Assembly (NCBI GenBank): GCA_964248365.1
Contig: CAXTYC010000012.1
Location: forward strand, 94,232 to 125,669
DNA length: 31,438 nt
Origin: an uncultured Chroococcidiopsis sp.
GTDB lineage: Bacteria; Cyanobacteriota; Cyanobacteriia; Cyanobacteriales; Chroococcidiopsidaceae
Reading direction: 5' to 3'
Program-made: the position numbers and the translations under genes
In this document: in pieces, positions 8,959-17,603 of the stretch
Layout: each line of letters opens with the position of its first letter
Numbering within the stretch: the stretch's first letter is position 1
The notes under the pieces: generated by a model
Seen by the model: only the letters and a program-made list of their open reading frames with translations
The model's database searches: none
What the model was told of the DNA's origin: nothing

Positions 8959-10227
8959 TCAAAACCTACCCAATTCGACTGTATAGCTAATACTTAAAAA
9001 CAGGTTATCAAAATCAATATTTGGATCAGAAGAACCACCAAAACTGACACCACCTTGAAGATTTATCTGACTGTCATGGGATGTAGCATAAGTTAAGCTG
9101 CCCAGAATTAAATGATAGTTATCATTGCGATCGCGCTGCGTAAAATTTGAGGCGGCAAACTGATAGCCAAGACCAATCTGAAGGCGTGGTTTTACATAGT
9201 AAACCAAATCGGCTGACAAAGAATTGATTACTCGACTGCGACTATCTGGATCGGCAAATCCCAGTTGAAATTCGTAGAGAGAATTTAACCATAAATTATT
9301 ACTGATTTTATCTTGCCTCTGAAGGGCTAAGCGTAAGGCATTCTCATTGAGAAAGCGATCGCCTGTTTTGGCAATAAATAATTCTTGATTGTTCCAACCA
9401 ATTTCACCAAACATTTCTGGTGTTAGCTGGTGACGCAACCCTGCTCTAAGTCTTAATAGATTGTAATTAGCGTTAGAATGCTCGACATAACGAATTATTT
9501 TACCATCAATTGCCGTTATCAAACTAGTTTTATTTCCTAATTTTGGGGCAACAAAAAGCGTTAAATTAGATGAAAATAAACCATCTTCAACCGGATCAAC
9601 TAGGAAAAATATATTATTTGATTGAAAATATCCAACTTGCCCTATTAAATGCCCAATTGGTTGATAGGGTGGAGACTGTAATTTTTGCTTCTGCACTCGC
9701 AGAGTTCCTAATTCTGGATCTCCATCTTTCTTGTGTACATCTACTTTTTCCTCTTTTGCCTCCAACTGTGTTTTAGGTATTGTCTGAGCCAGTAGTAGAC
9801 AGTAGCGAGAGGCTAGGGAATTTTGGATTTTAGATTTTGGATTTTGGATTAAATTTTCTCCCCAGATCCCCAGATCCCCTCTTCCTCCCAACCCCACGAA
9901 GTGGGGACCCCGAAGCCCCCCTGTCCCCAGTTCCGAAGGAACCGAGTCTCCCGATTCCCCCCAGATCCCCTGCTTCCCCAGCTCCCCCTGCTCTCTTTGC
10001 TTAGAGGTGGCTGCAATTGTTGCCCTGTGTTCAAAAAAAAATCCGACTATGCTACTTGCAGTGCATAAAATCAACAGCCCGCTTGCAAAAGACACTCTTT
10101 TAGTAAAGGTAGAGAACTCTTGAAAAGGATTCTCCCTTGTTGCTTTGACGAAAAATCTATTTTGCAAGAAGTCTAGTCTTTGGATATGCTGGTCAATAAT
10201 ATTAGCTTGAACTTTAAAATTAGTCAC
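8959..10227 (-). CDS. Putative outer-membrane beta-barrel protein (start uncertain)
   Basis: The C-terminal ~230 aa show alternating amphipathic beta-strand patterns rich in Y/F/G/Q and end in LSISYTVELGRF (terminal Phe beta-signal). There is an N-terminal hydrophobic stretch, and an STRR-derived in-frame insert at about 9811-9995. Confidence 0.7.
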   Translation of the reverse strand: MTNFKVQANIIDQHIQRLDFLQNRFFVKATRENPFQEFSTFTKRVSFASGLLILCTASSIVGFFFEHRATIAATSKQREQGELGKQGIWGESGDSVPSELGTGGLRGPHFVGLGGRGDLGIWGENLIQNPKSKIQNSLASRYCLLLAQTIPKTQLEAKEEKVDVHKKDGDPELGTLRVQKQKLQSPPYQPIGHLIGQVGYFQSNNIFFLVDPVEDGLFSSNLTLFVAPKLGNKTSLITAIDGKIIRYVEHSNANYNLLRLRAGLRHQLTPEMFGEIGWNNQELFIAKTGDRFLNENALRLALQRQDKISNNLWLNSLYEFQLGFADPDSRSRVINSLSADLVYYVKPRLQIGLGYQFAASNFTQRDRNDNYHLILGSLTYATSHDSQINLQGGVSFGGSSDPNIDFDNLFLSISYTVELGRF

Positions 10228-10543
10228 ACTGGATAGAAAAATATATAATCTTATTGAATGAGTTGCAAAAGTTCACCTAGTAATAAGAATTTATTAGGTA
10301 CGCCTTCCGCAAACATAGACTAATTCAGGAAGTAGCAATTCCATATCCGCAAAACTACGGTATTATGAAGCGTTGATAAGGATGTGCGGATTCGGGTAGA
10401 TTTTAATCAAACAATTAAAGTTCTTTTGCAAAGAATCGAGATCTTTGTGCAGCTCCCGCTTTTAAATGGGCATACTAGAATTGTTAATTGTTAATGGCTG
10501 ATTGTTCATTGCAATTAGCTATTAACCATCAACCATTAGCCAA

Positions 10544-12007
10544 ATGTGTCGCCGATTCGTTGTATTCATCACCTTTATTCTCTGGAGTACTACAACACTG
10601 CCTCTACCAAAGTCGGCTAGTGCTGAAACTGCTTTAAATCGGGCTATTGTGCAAAGCTTACGCAACTTGGCGCAACTGATGCCACAAAATCGCTCCCCCC
10701 ATCCGGCGCGGGTATCAGATGCCATGACACCAGGGGATGCATTGTCTACTGGTCGCTCTTCTTTGGCAGAATTGCGCTTCAACGACGGCTCTTTGGCAAG
10801 AGTTGGCGAACAAGCGATATTTCGATTTGTCAAGAAGACACGTAACTTTCAATTGTCAAACGGAACTTTACTGCTGCTAATTCCCCCAGGTAGGGGACAA
10901 ACAGACGTGTGGACACCTAATGCAACAGCAGCAATTCGCGGCTCAGCATTATTCATACGTTACATTCCTGAAACTGCAACTACTGTTGTGGGAGCATTAA
11001 CCAATAGCAAAATCGAGGTATCTAACCCAAAAGCTTCCCAGCGTCAGGTATTGCAAGCAGGTCAAATGGCAGTTGTCGTCAAAGACACAATTGAAGGGCT
11101 ATACAACTTCGATCTCAAAACTTTTTATCAAACCAGCGATTTAGTACAGGGACTGGATCTAAATAAGAAAAGTGGTAAAGCTAGTTTAGATCCAGCGATC
11201 GCCTCTGTGCAAGCTGAAACTGCCACAGCCTTGGCTGCACAACCAGCTCTAACTGACGCAGGAGTAATTGTTAATCCAACTTTTGTCAGCCGTCCAGAAA
11301 ACAATCAAACTCAACAGCCGAATTTAAATCTATCGCAAGACAGCCAAAATCCTTTTAATAACAATTTTGATTCTATTAATGAGTTTTTAGAGAACTCAGA
11401 AGTTATTTCAAATCCAGATAATTCCCCATTATTGCCTACCAAGGCTGAACCCTCGATTAGTGTTCCACCGCAAAGCGGCTTTCCAACTCCATCTGAAGTT
11501 AATAATGGGGGTTCTACAAATGAGTCGGGTGTGAACAATGGTGGTTCCTTTAATGGCATACAACAGCCAAACGGGGGTAACAACTCAATTGGCGAAGGTG
11601 TTGGTGGTCGAGTTGAAAGTAACCCTGCTAACAGCAGTGGGAATGCGATCGGCGGTGGTGTAGGTGGAGGGGTGGGAAATAACCCAGGTAGCGGTAATGG
11701 GATCGGCGGTGGTGTAAGTGGAGGGGTGGGAAATAACCCAGGTAGCGGTAATGCGATCGGCGGCGGTGTAGGTGGAGGGGTGGGAAATAACCCAGGTAGC
11801 GGTAATGGGATCGGCGGTGGTGTAGGTGGAGGGGTGGAAAATAACCCAGGTAATAATGGCAATAATAATGGAGTTGGTCAAGGTGTAGGTGGTGGACGTG
11901 AAGATAATCGCGGCAATGGCAATGGCAATAATAATGGAGTTGGTCAAGGTGTAGGTGGTGGACGTGAAAATAATCGTGGTAACGGCAATGGCAACAATCG
12001 ACGTTAA
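10544..12007 (+). CDS. Exported FecR-domain protein with Gly/Asn-rich repeat tail
   Basis: Signal-like N-terminus. GDALSTGRSSLAELRFNDGSLARVGEQ...TPNATAAIRGS is the FecR-family pattern (GD.l.T....A.L.F.DGS...lg; TP.a.a.vRGT). The C-terminus is low-complexity. Confidence 0.85.
   Translation: MCRRFVVFITFILWSTTTLPLPKSASAETALNRAIVQSLRNLAQLMPQNRSPHPARVSDAMTPGDALSTGRSSLAELRFNDGSLARVGEQAIFRFVKKTRNFQLSNGTLLLLIPPGRGQTDVWTPNATAAIRGSALFIRYIPETATTVVGALTNSKIEVSNPKASQRQVLQAGQMAVVVKDTIEGLYNFDLKTFYQTSDLVQGLDLNKKSGKASLDPAIASVQAETATALAAQPALTDAGVIVNPTFVSRPENNQTQQPNLNLSQDSQNPFNNNFDSINEFLENSEVISNPDNSPLLPTKAEPSISVPPQSGFPTPSEVNNGGSTNESGVNNGGSFNGIQQPNGGNNSIGEGVGGRVESNPANSSGNAIGGGVGGGVGNNPGSGNGIGGGVSGGVGNNPGSGNAIGGGVGGGVGNNPGSGNGIGGGVGGGVENNPGNNGNNNGVGQGVGGGREDNRGNGNGNNNGVGQGVGGGRENNRGNGNGNNRR
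11639..11986 (+). repeat. Coding tandem repeats: 4x54 bp, then 2x66 bp
   Basis: Units start at 11639, 11693, 11747, 11801 (GN(A/G)IGGGV(G/S)GGVGNNPGS) and at 11855, 11921 (NGNNNGVGQGVGGGRE(D/N)NRGNG). Confidence 0.95.
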
Positions 12008-12099
12008 TACTAGCTGGCGCGCTGTTAGCTGGCGCGCTGTTATTAGTTTGTTTATTTGTATAGCAATCCGCGCATCATTGGTGAATAGTAGATGAAGGG

Positions 12100-12151
12100 G
12101 TTTGCCACCCATGCCCACCATGATCAAATTTGGTGGGCATGGGTGGCATAC
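12100..12151. repeat. Palindromic element (GTWTGCCACCCAT family), probable terminator between convergent genes
   Basis: Perfect 18-bp arms TGCCACCCATGCCCACCA / TGGTGGGCATGGGTGGCA with a 10-nt loop. Confidence 0.88.
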
Positions 12152-12192
12152 TAATCGCTAAAAGCTAATTGCTAAAAGCTAATCGCTAATCG

Positions 12193-14613
12193 CTAATTGT
12201 TTTCTGATGAAGGTGGCAAAAGATTTGTAGCAGAATCTGGAATTTTTGTAGAATCAGATATCCAAATAGCTGTAGGAGTGTCTAAATCTTCTGGGGTTTC
12301 ATTATTGTCAAATCTTTTGCCAGACAAAGAATTTGTGGAATCTATGAACTTGGTAAGAGCATTCAGGGCAACTGATGCGGAACTATAGCGCCGCCTGAAG
12401 TCATGTAGTACCATTGTGTTTAAGATTTCAGTTAACTGGGGACTAATTTGTACTTTATCTGTCCAGAGTAACTCTCCAGTTGTAGTGTCTAGCTCTAGTT
12501 CGTGGGGTGCTAACCCAGTTAAAGCTTTGATCGCACTCATGCCTACAGCATAAATATCACTACTGAAGAAGGCACGACCAGCGTTTTGCTCACTTGGGGC
12601 ATAACCGTGAGTACCGATGCTAACGGTAAGGTTAGTTTTTTCACCTGGCTCCAGTAATTGTGTGGTAACTTGTTTGACAGCTCCAAAATCAATTAGTACA
12701 AGCTTGCGGTCTGAATGCCGTCGCATGATATTACTGGGTTTAATATCGCGGTGGATGACATTGTGATTGTGGACGAATTCCAATATTTGCAATAAATCGT
12801 GCAAAATTTTGATCGCTTCGTCTTCACTAATGGGTTTACCTGGTTTGAGTTCCCAGCTAAGAGGATGCCCGACAATGTATTCTTGGACTAAATAAAATTC
12901 TTCGTCCTGTTCAAAATAGGCAAGCAGTTGAGGAATTTGGTTGTGTTTGCCGAGTTTTTCCAGAGTTTCTGCTTCTAGTTGAAATAACCTTCTAGCAATT
13001 TGCAATTGCTTGGGATCGTTGTTAGCTGGTTTGAGTTGCTTGACCACACATAGCGGATTCCCTGGACGTTGGTTATCTTCAGCTACATAAGTTTGACTGA
13101 AGCCACCATCACCTAAAACTTTGACAATTTTGTAGCGTCCTCCCAGGATTTTCCCAGAGGTAACGGGATCTTGCTGTTGTAGTCGGTCTTGGGGTTCATC
13201 CACAGAGCTAATAACATCTTGTACGAGCAAAGAGGAATCATCCTCTAAGCTGCGTTGTTGTTGTCTCAAGTTTTGGCTAATTGATCCTGCCACTAGGTAT
13301 GTAGTACCGCACAGAGCGATCGCTATCATCGGTAGGGCAGTAGGTAAAATGAGATACTGGTAGGTAAATAAGGTATAACTAATACTTCCCCAAGCAATGG
13401 CAAAGCCTAGCCCCATGCCCCATCGAGTCAAGGGGCGTTTAAAGAGAGTCAAAAGTACCGCCGAACCACCTACAAATAGCAATACCAACAAACCCCGCAT
13501 CTGTAGATTAGGAATTGCCTCTCGTATCGCCCGTCCTTGTAGTAAAGTGGCGATGCTACTTGCTTGAATTTCCACTCCGGCGAGGCGTTGGGGATACAAC
13601 CAGCTTTCGGAAAAAGGTGCTTTATGTAAGTCTTGCAACACGGCAGCTGTTGCCCCAATCAGCACAATTTTGTCTTTGAAATACTTTCCCTGCTGGAGAT
13701 ATGTATTCCAATTATCCGAATCGAGTACGTGCCAAAAAGGAATTTGCTCGAACGTCCCCGTCGGACCATAAAAATAAATGCGATCGCCTTTTTGAGGGGC
13801 TAGGGAATTTTGGATTGGGAATTCTCCCCCAGATCCCCCAGATCTCCCTAAAGAGGCTGCTGCCACAACTGCTTTTTCAAACGAGGGGATTGATATTTTT
13901 AGAGCGTCAAAATTTAAAAATTGCTTCTGGGATTTCTCGGCTAAGAGCTGGGGAAAAACACTTGCAAATCTGTGAATTCGCCCATCCGGTTCTACTGGGA
14001 AATTAACGAATCCAAGAGACCTTGGTGTTGTCCAAAGCAGGCGTTCCGGCTGTGTCAGTTGAATTACACTTCCCTGGCGCAGCGTTAGCTGTTCATATTG
14101 TGCTGCTAAAGTGACTCTACCAGGATAACGCTGCAATACTTGGGCAAAGGCGCGATCGTCTTCTATCCCGTAGCTACTGGGGCTAGCAAATACAATATCC
14201 AAGGCAACAGAGCGTACCCCTGCTTTCATGAGTTTGTCAATTACAAGCGCATAGGCACGGCGTTGCCAAGGCCAAGCTTGCAATGGTTTTAGATAAGAAT
14301 ATTGTTGTGGGTTGGTTTGATAGTATTGCTCTGGGACTGATAAAGACTGCTCATCAATTGCCAAAATCACGATGCCTTTTGGTGGTTCCATCGGGCCTCG
14401 GATTTCAAAAAACAGGCTTTGCGTTTCCGATTCTATTATTTGTACTAGTCCTACGTTGGCAGATGTAGCCATTGCTGCTAATACTACCCAAGTTGCTGTG
14501 AGAATATGACCAATACGGGCAAGTCGGTCATATTGGCGTAGCTTGACTTGTGATGACGCAATGCCAGTGGAAGTTGTTTGGCTGGTTTGAAGCGGTTTGC
14601 GGTTGTGTCCCAT
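12193..14613 (-). CDS. CHASE2-domain membrane Ser/Thr (Hanks-type) protein kinase
   Basis: CHASE2 motifs IVILAIDEQSL, WPWQR, VALDIVF, KDKIVLIGAT and GVEIQA, then 3 TM helices. Kinase motifs LGDGGFSQTY, VVKQLK, HRDIKPSN, IDFGAVK, GTHGYAPSEQ and SDIYAVG. Confidence 0.95.
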   Translation of the reverse strand: MGHNRKPLQTSQTTSTGIASSQVKLRQYDRLARIGHILTATWVVLAAMATSANVGLVQIIESETQSLFFEIRGPMEPPKGIVILAIDEQSLSVPEQYYQTNPQQYSYLKPLQAWPWQRRAYALVIDKLMKAGVRSVALDIVFASPSSYGIEDDRAFAQVLQRYPGRVTLAAQYEQLTLRQGSVIQLTQPERLLWTTPRSLGFVNFPVEPDGRIHRFASVFPQLLAEKSQKQFLNFDALKISIPSFEKAVVAAASLGRSGGSGGEFPIQNSLAPQKGDRIYFYGPTGTFEQIPFWHVLDSDNWNTYLQQGKYFKDKIVLIGATAAVLQDLHKAPFSESWLYPQRLAGVEIQASSIATLLQGRAIREAIPNLQMRGLLVLLFVGGSAVLLTLFKRPLTRWGMGLGFAIAWGSISYTLFTYQYLILPTALPMIAIALCGTTYLVAGSISQNLRQQQRSLEDDSSLLVQDVISSVDEPQDRLQQQDPVTSGKILGGRYKIVKVLGDGGFSQTYVAEDNQRPGNPLCVVKQLKPANNDPKQLQIARRLFQLEAETLEKLGKHNQIPQLLAYFEQDEEFYLVQEYIVGHPLSWELKPGKPISEDEAIKILHDLLQILEFVHNHNVIHRDIKPSNIMRRHSDRKLVLIDFGAVKQVTTQLLEPGEKTNLTVSIGTHGYAPSEQNAGRAFFSSDIYAVGMSAIKALTGLAPHELELDTTTGELLWTDKVQISPQLTEILNTMVLHDFRRRYSSASVALNALTKFIDSTNSLSGKRFDNNETPEDLDTPTAIWISDSTKIPDSATNLLPPSSENN

Positions 14614-15335
14614 ATTTTGCTTCGGACGATTAATTTACACAGCTACTAGGAGCGAACAAAGTTCGCCTGGTGCGGTGGGGCTTACCTGTTTGTGTAGCTA
14701 ATATGCGTGAACTTTAGCCTGTAACTGTATTGGGTAAAATTAGCTTGTATACTGTGCCAGCAAAGACTAAAGATAAAATATACAGATGCAAAAGAGTTTG
14801 ACTATTGGGGGTGAGAGTGTACGTCCGCTAGTGTTAAGATACTTTTTCTTTAGTGACAACAGATCTATCTTTTGCTTACCTGTACTTTGACTTTTGACTC
14901 CTTTAGCTTTAGTGTTAGCCGTAAACTCTATAAGTTATTGTTCCCTAACAGCACAGAAATCTTCTGGTGACAATTACAATTGGTAGAAAATTTATGATTA
15001 ATGTTGCAACTTCTACTCTTACAGCACACTTTAACGGTTTACTATGTTCAAAGGGAGAGATTTCACAAGCACACAACTAACACTCGCTAGCTGCAAAAGA
15101 GTTAATTTAAAGGTAGATTTTAGAAACAGGTGCTTATAGTGGCGCTAACCTGGTAAGGGTTTAGCAAACAAAGACAAATCTATATCTTGTGATAGTTATC
15201 TATACTTAGGGAGGTTAGATAAAAAAGTTGGATGAAAATTATAACATATTACTTGTAAATTCCCGCATTACAAATCGTTATACTAGTTGATTCGGCTTAA
15301 ATTGTTTTTTTGCAATTTTTAGGTATTTAATTTCT

Positions 15336-15860
15336 ATGCCTTGCTCGCCAATGAACCGTCTGTCTATTTTTGTAGACGGAAACAATATGTTCTATGCTCA
15401 ACAGAAAAATGGCTGGTTTTTTGATCCAAGAAGGGTGTTGGAATACTTCAAAAAAGAACAGCCAGATACTGTCCTAATCAATGCCTTTTGGTACACTGGT
15501 TTGAAAGATCCGCAAGACCAGCGCGGTTTTAGAGATGCATTAATTAGTTTAGGATATACAGTTCGTACCAAAATCCTCAAAGAATATTACGATGATACCT
15601 CTGGTCGCTACTCGCAAAAAGCTAATCTAGATATAGAAATTGTAGTAGATATGTTTAATACAGTGGAACAGTACGATCGCGTAGTTTTATTCAGTGGCGA
15701 TGGAGATTTTGAAAGAGCAATAGAACTATTACGCTCAAAAAATACTCATATTACGGTTGTATCAACTGAGGGGATGATTGCCAGAGAACTACGTAATGCT
15801 ACTGATAGATACATTGATTTAAATGATATACGAGACACAATTGAAAAAATGGATTATTAG
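15336..15860 (+). CDS. labA: NYN-domain (LabA/DUF88) protein
   Basis: IFVDGNNMFYAQQKNGWFFDPRRVL, LDIEIVVDMF and FSGDGDF. From memory it resembles cyanobacterial LabA; the gene symbol is less certain than the domain. Alternative start at 15351. Confidence 0.8.
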   Translation: MPCSPMNRLSIFVDGNNMFYAQQKNGWFFDPRRVLEYFKKEQPDTVLINAFWYTGLKDPQDQRGFRDALISLGYTVRTKILKEYYDDTSGRYSQKANLDIEIVVDMFNTVEQYDRVVLFSGDGDFERAIELLRSKNTHITVVSTEGMIARELRNATDRYIDLNDIRDTIEKMDY

Positions 15861-15969
15861 GAACCAGAGGCTAGAGGCTAGAGGGAAAAAATAAGAAATA
15901 AGAGTTTTGGCTGACAAATAGCAGATAAACAAAAAACTAAAAAAGTAGGAGAACAGTTGATTTAAACCT

Positions 15970-17568
15970 ATGGAAAACAAATCAAAACAGGACAGGATCA
16001 TTATTTTCGATACGACATTGCGAGATGGAGAGCAATGCCCAGGTGCAACTTTAAACACAGACGAGAAACTGGCGATCGCTCGACAGTTATCCCGTCTGGG
16101 GGTAGATGTAATAGAAGCGGGTTTCGCTTTTGCTAGCCCTGGAGATTTTGAGGCGGTCGAGAAGATTGCTAGAGAAGTTGGGAAAGAAGAAGGTCCAGTC
16201 ATCTGTAGTTTGGCAAGAGCAATCAAGGGCGATATTAAAGCCGCCGCCGAAGCACTCAAACCAGCAGCAAAAGCAAGAATTCATACATTTATTTCGACCT
16301 CAGATATTCACTTGGAATATCAACTGAAGAAATCAAGATCCCAGGTGCTAGCGATCGCAGAGGAAATGGTCGCCTACGCCAAGTCATTCATGGATGACGT
16401 GGAATTTTCACCAATGGACGCAGGACGTACCGATCCAGAATATTTGTATCAAGTGCTGGAAAGGGCGATCGCAGCTGGGGCAAAAACAATCAATATCCCT
16501 GACACTGTAGGTTACACCACCCCCAGCGAATTTGGCGACCTGATTCGCGGGATCAAAGAAAATGTCCCCAACATTGACCAAGCGATTATTTCTGTTCACG
16601 GTCATAACGATCTAGGCTTAGCTGTAGCTTGCTTCTTGGAAGCTGTGAAGAATGGAGCCAGACAGCTAGAATGTACAATCAACGGAATTGGTGAAAGAGC
16701 CGGAAACGCTGCATTAGAAGAGTTGGTAATGGCGCTGCACGTCCGGCGACAATATTTTAACCCGTTTTTGGGACGTGCGGCTGATAACGAAGCACCCCTA
16801 ACTAATATTGATACGCGCGAGATCTACAGAACTTCCCGTCTGGTTTCCAACTTGACTGGAATGCTAGTGCAGCCAAATAAGGCAATTGTAGGCGCAAATG
16901 CTTTTGCCCATGAATCTGGCATTCACCAAGATGGTATCCTCAAGAACAAGCTCACCTATGAGATCATGGATGCCGAGTCGATTGGATTGACAAACAATCA
17001 GATTGTATTGGGCAAACACTCTGGACGTAATGCCTTCCGCACTCGCTTACAAGAATTAGGGTTTGAACTGTCAGAGACAGATTTAAATAAAGCATTTGTG
17101 CGGTTTAAAGACCTAGCGGATAAGAAAAAAGAAATTTCTGATTGGGATTTAGAAGCGATCGCCAACGACGAAATTCAATCGACTCCAGAAATCTTCCGTT
17201 TAGAATTAGTACAGGTTTCTTGCGGCGATCGCGCCCGTCCGACTGCAACTGTTACCCTAAGAACACCAGAAGGAGAAGAATTGACCGATGCGGCGACTGG
17301 TACGGGACCTGTTGATGCTGTGTACAAAGCAATTAATCGCGTGGTAAATGTACCAAACGAGCTAATTGAGTTTTCCGTGCAATCTGTAACAGCTGGGATT
17401 GACGCGATCGGTGAAGTGACAATCCGACTACGCTATCAAGATAAAGTGTATTCCGGTCATGCAGCCAACACAGATATTATTGTCGCATCAGCCCAAGCTT
17501 ATGTAAATGCTCTCAATCGCCTTTATGGGGCTTTGCAAAGTCAGAGTAAGACCGAAGCGATCGCTTAA
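15970..17568 (+). CDS. leuA: 2-isopropylmalate synthase
   Basis: [41 protein letters not shown] and the C-terminal regulatory domain GPVDA. Confidence 0.97.
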   Translation: MENKSKQDRIIIFDTTLRDGEQCPGATLNTDEKLAIARQLSRLGVDVIEAGFAFASPGDFEAVEKIAREVGKEEGPVICSLARAIKGDIKAAAEALKPAAKARIHTFISTSDIHLEYQLKKSRSQVLAIAEEMVAYAKSFMDDVEFSPMDAGRTDPEYLYQVLERAIAAGAKTINIPDTVGYTTPSEFGDLIRGIKENVPNIDQAIISVHGHNDLGLAVACFLEAVKNGARQLECTINGIGERAGNAALEELVMALHVRRQYFNPFLGRAADNEAPLTNIDTREIYRTSRLVSNLTGMLVQPNKAIVGANAFAHESGIHQDGILKNKLTYEIMDAESIGLTNNQIVLGKHSGRNAFRTRLQELGFELSETDLNKAFVRFKDLADKKKEISDWDLEAIANDEIQSTPEIFRLELVQVSCGDRARPTATVTLRTPEGEELTDAATGTGPVDAVYKAINRVVNVPNELIEFSVQSVTAGIDAIGEVTIRLRYQDKVYSGHAANTDIIVASAQAYVNALNRLYGALQSQSKTEAIA

Positions 17569-17571
17569 ATA

Positions 17572-17596
17572 GTAGGGTGGGCAATGCCCACCATAC
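17572..17596. repeat. REP-like palindrome GTAGGGTGGGCAATGCCCACCATAC
   Basis: GGTGGGCA/TGCCCACC inverted repeat immediately after the leuA stop. Confidence 0.82.
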
Positions 17597-17603
17597 TCAA
17601 ATT

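Noticed and set aside
11639..11986. CRISPR-like array
   Set aside because: The repeats are contiguous, in frame and coding, with no unique spacers and no cas genes.
11311..12127. Long Pro-rich and Thr/Ile-rich minus-strand ORFs
   Set aside because: They are antisense shadows of the Gly/Asn repeat in the FecR-domain gene.
14994..15080. 28-aa ORF (MINVATSTLT...) in the kinase-labA gap
   Set aside because: No SD sequence, motif or compositional signal; an ORF this size is expected by chance.
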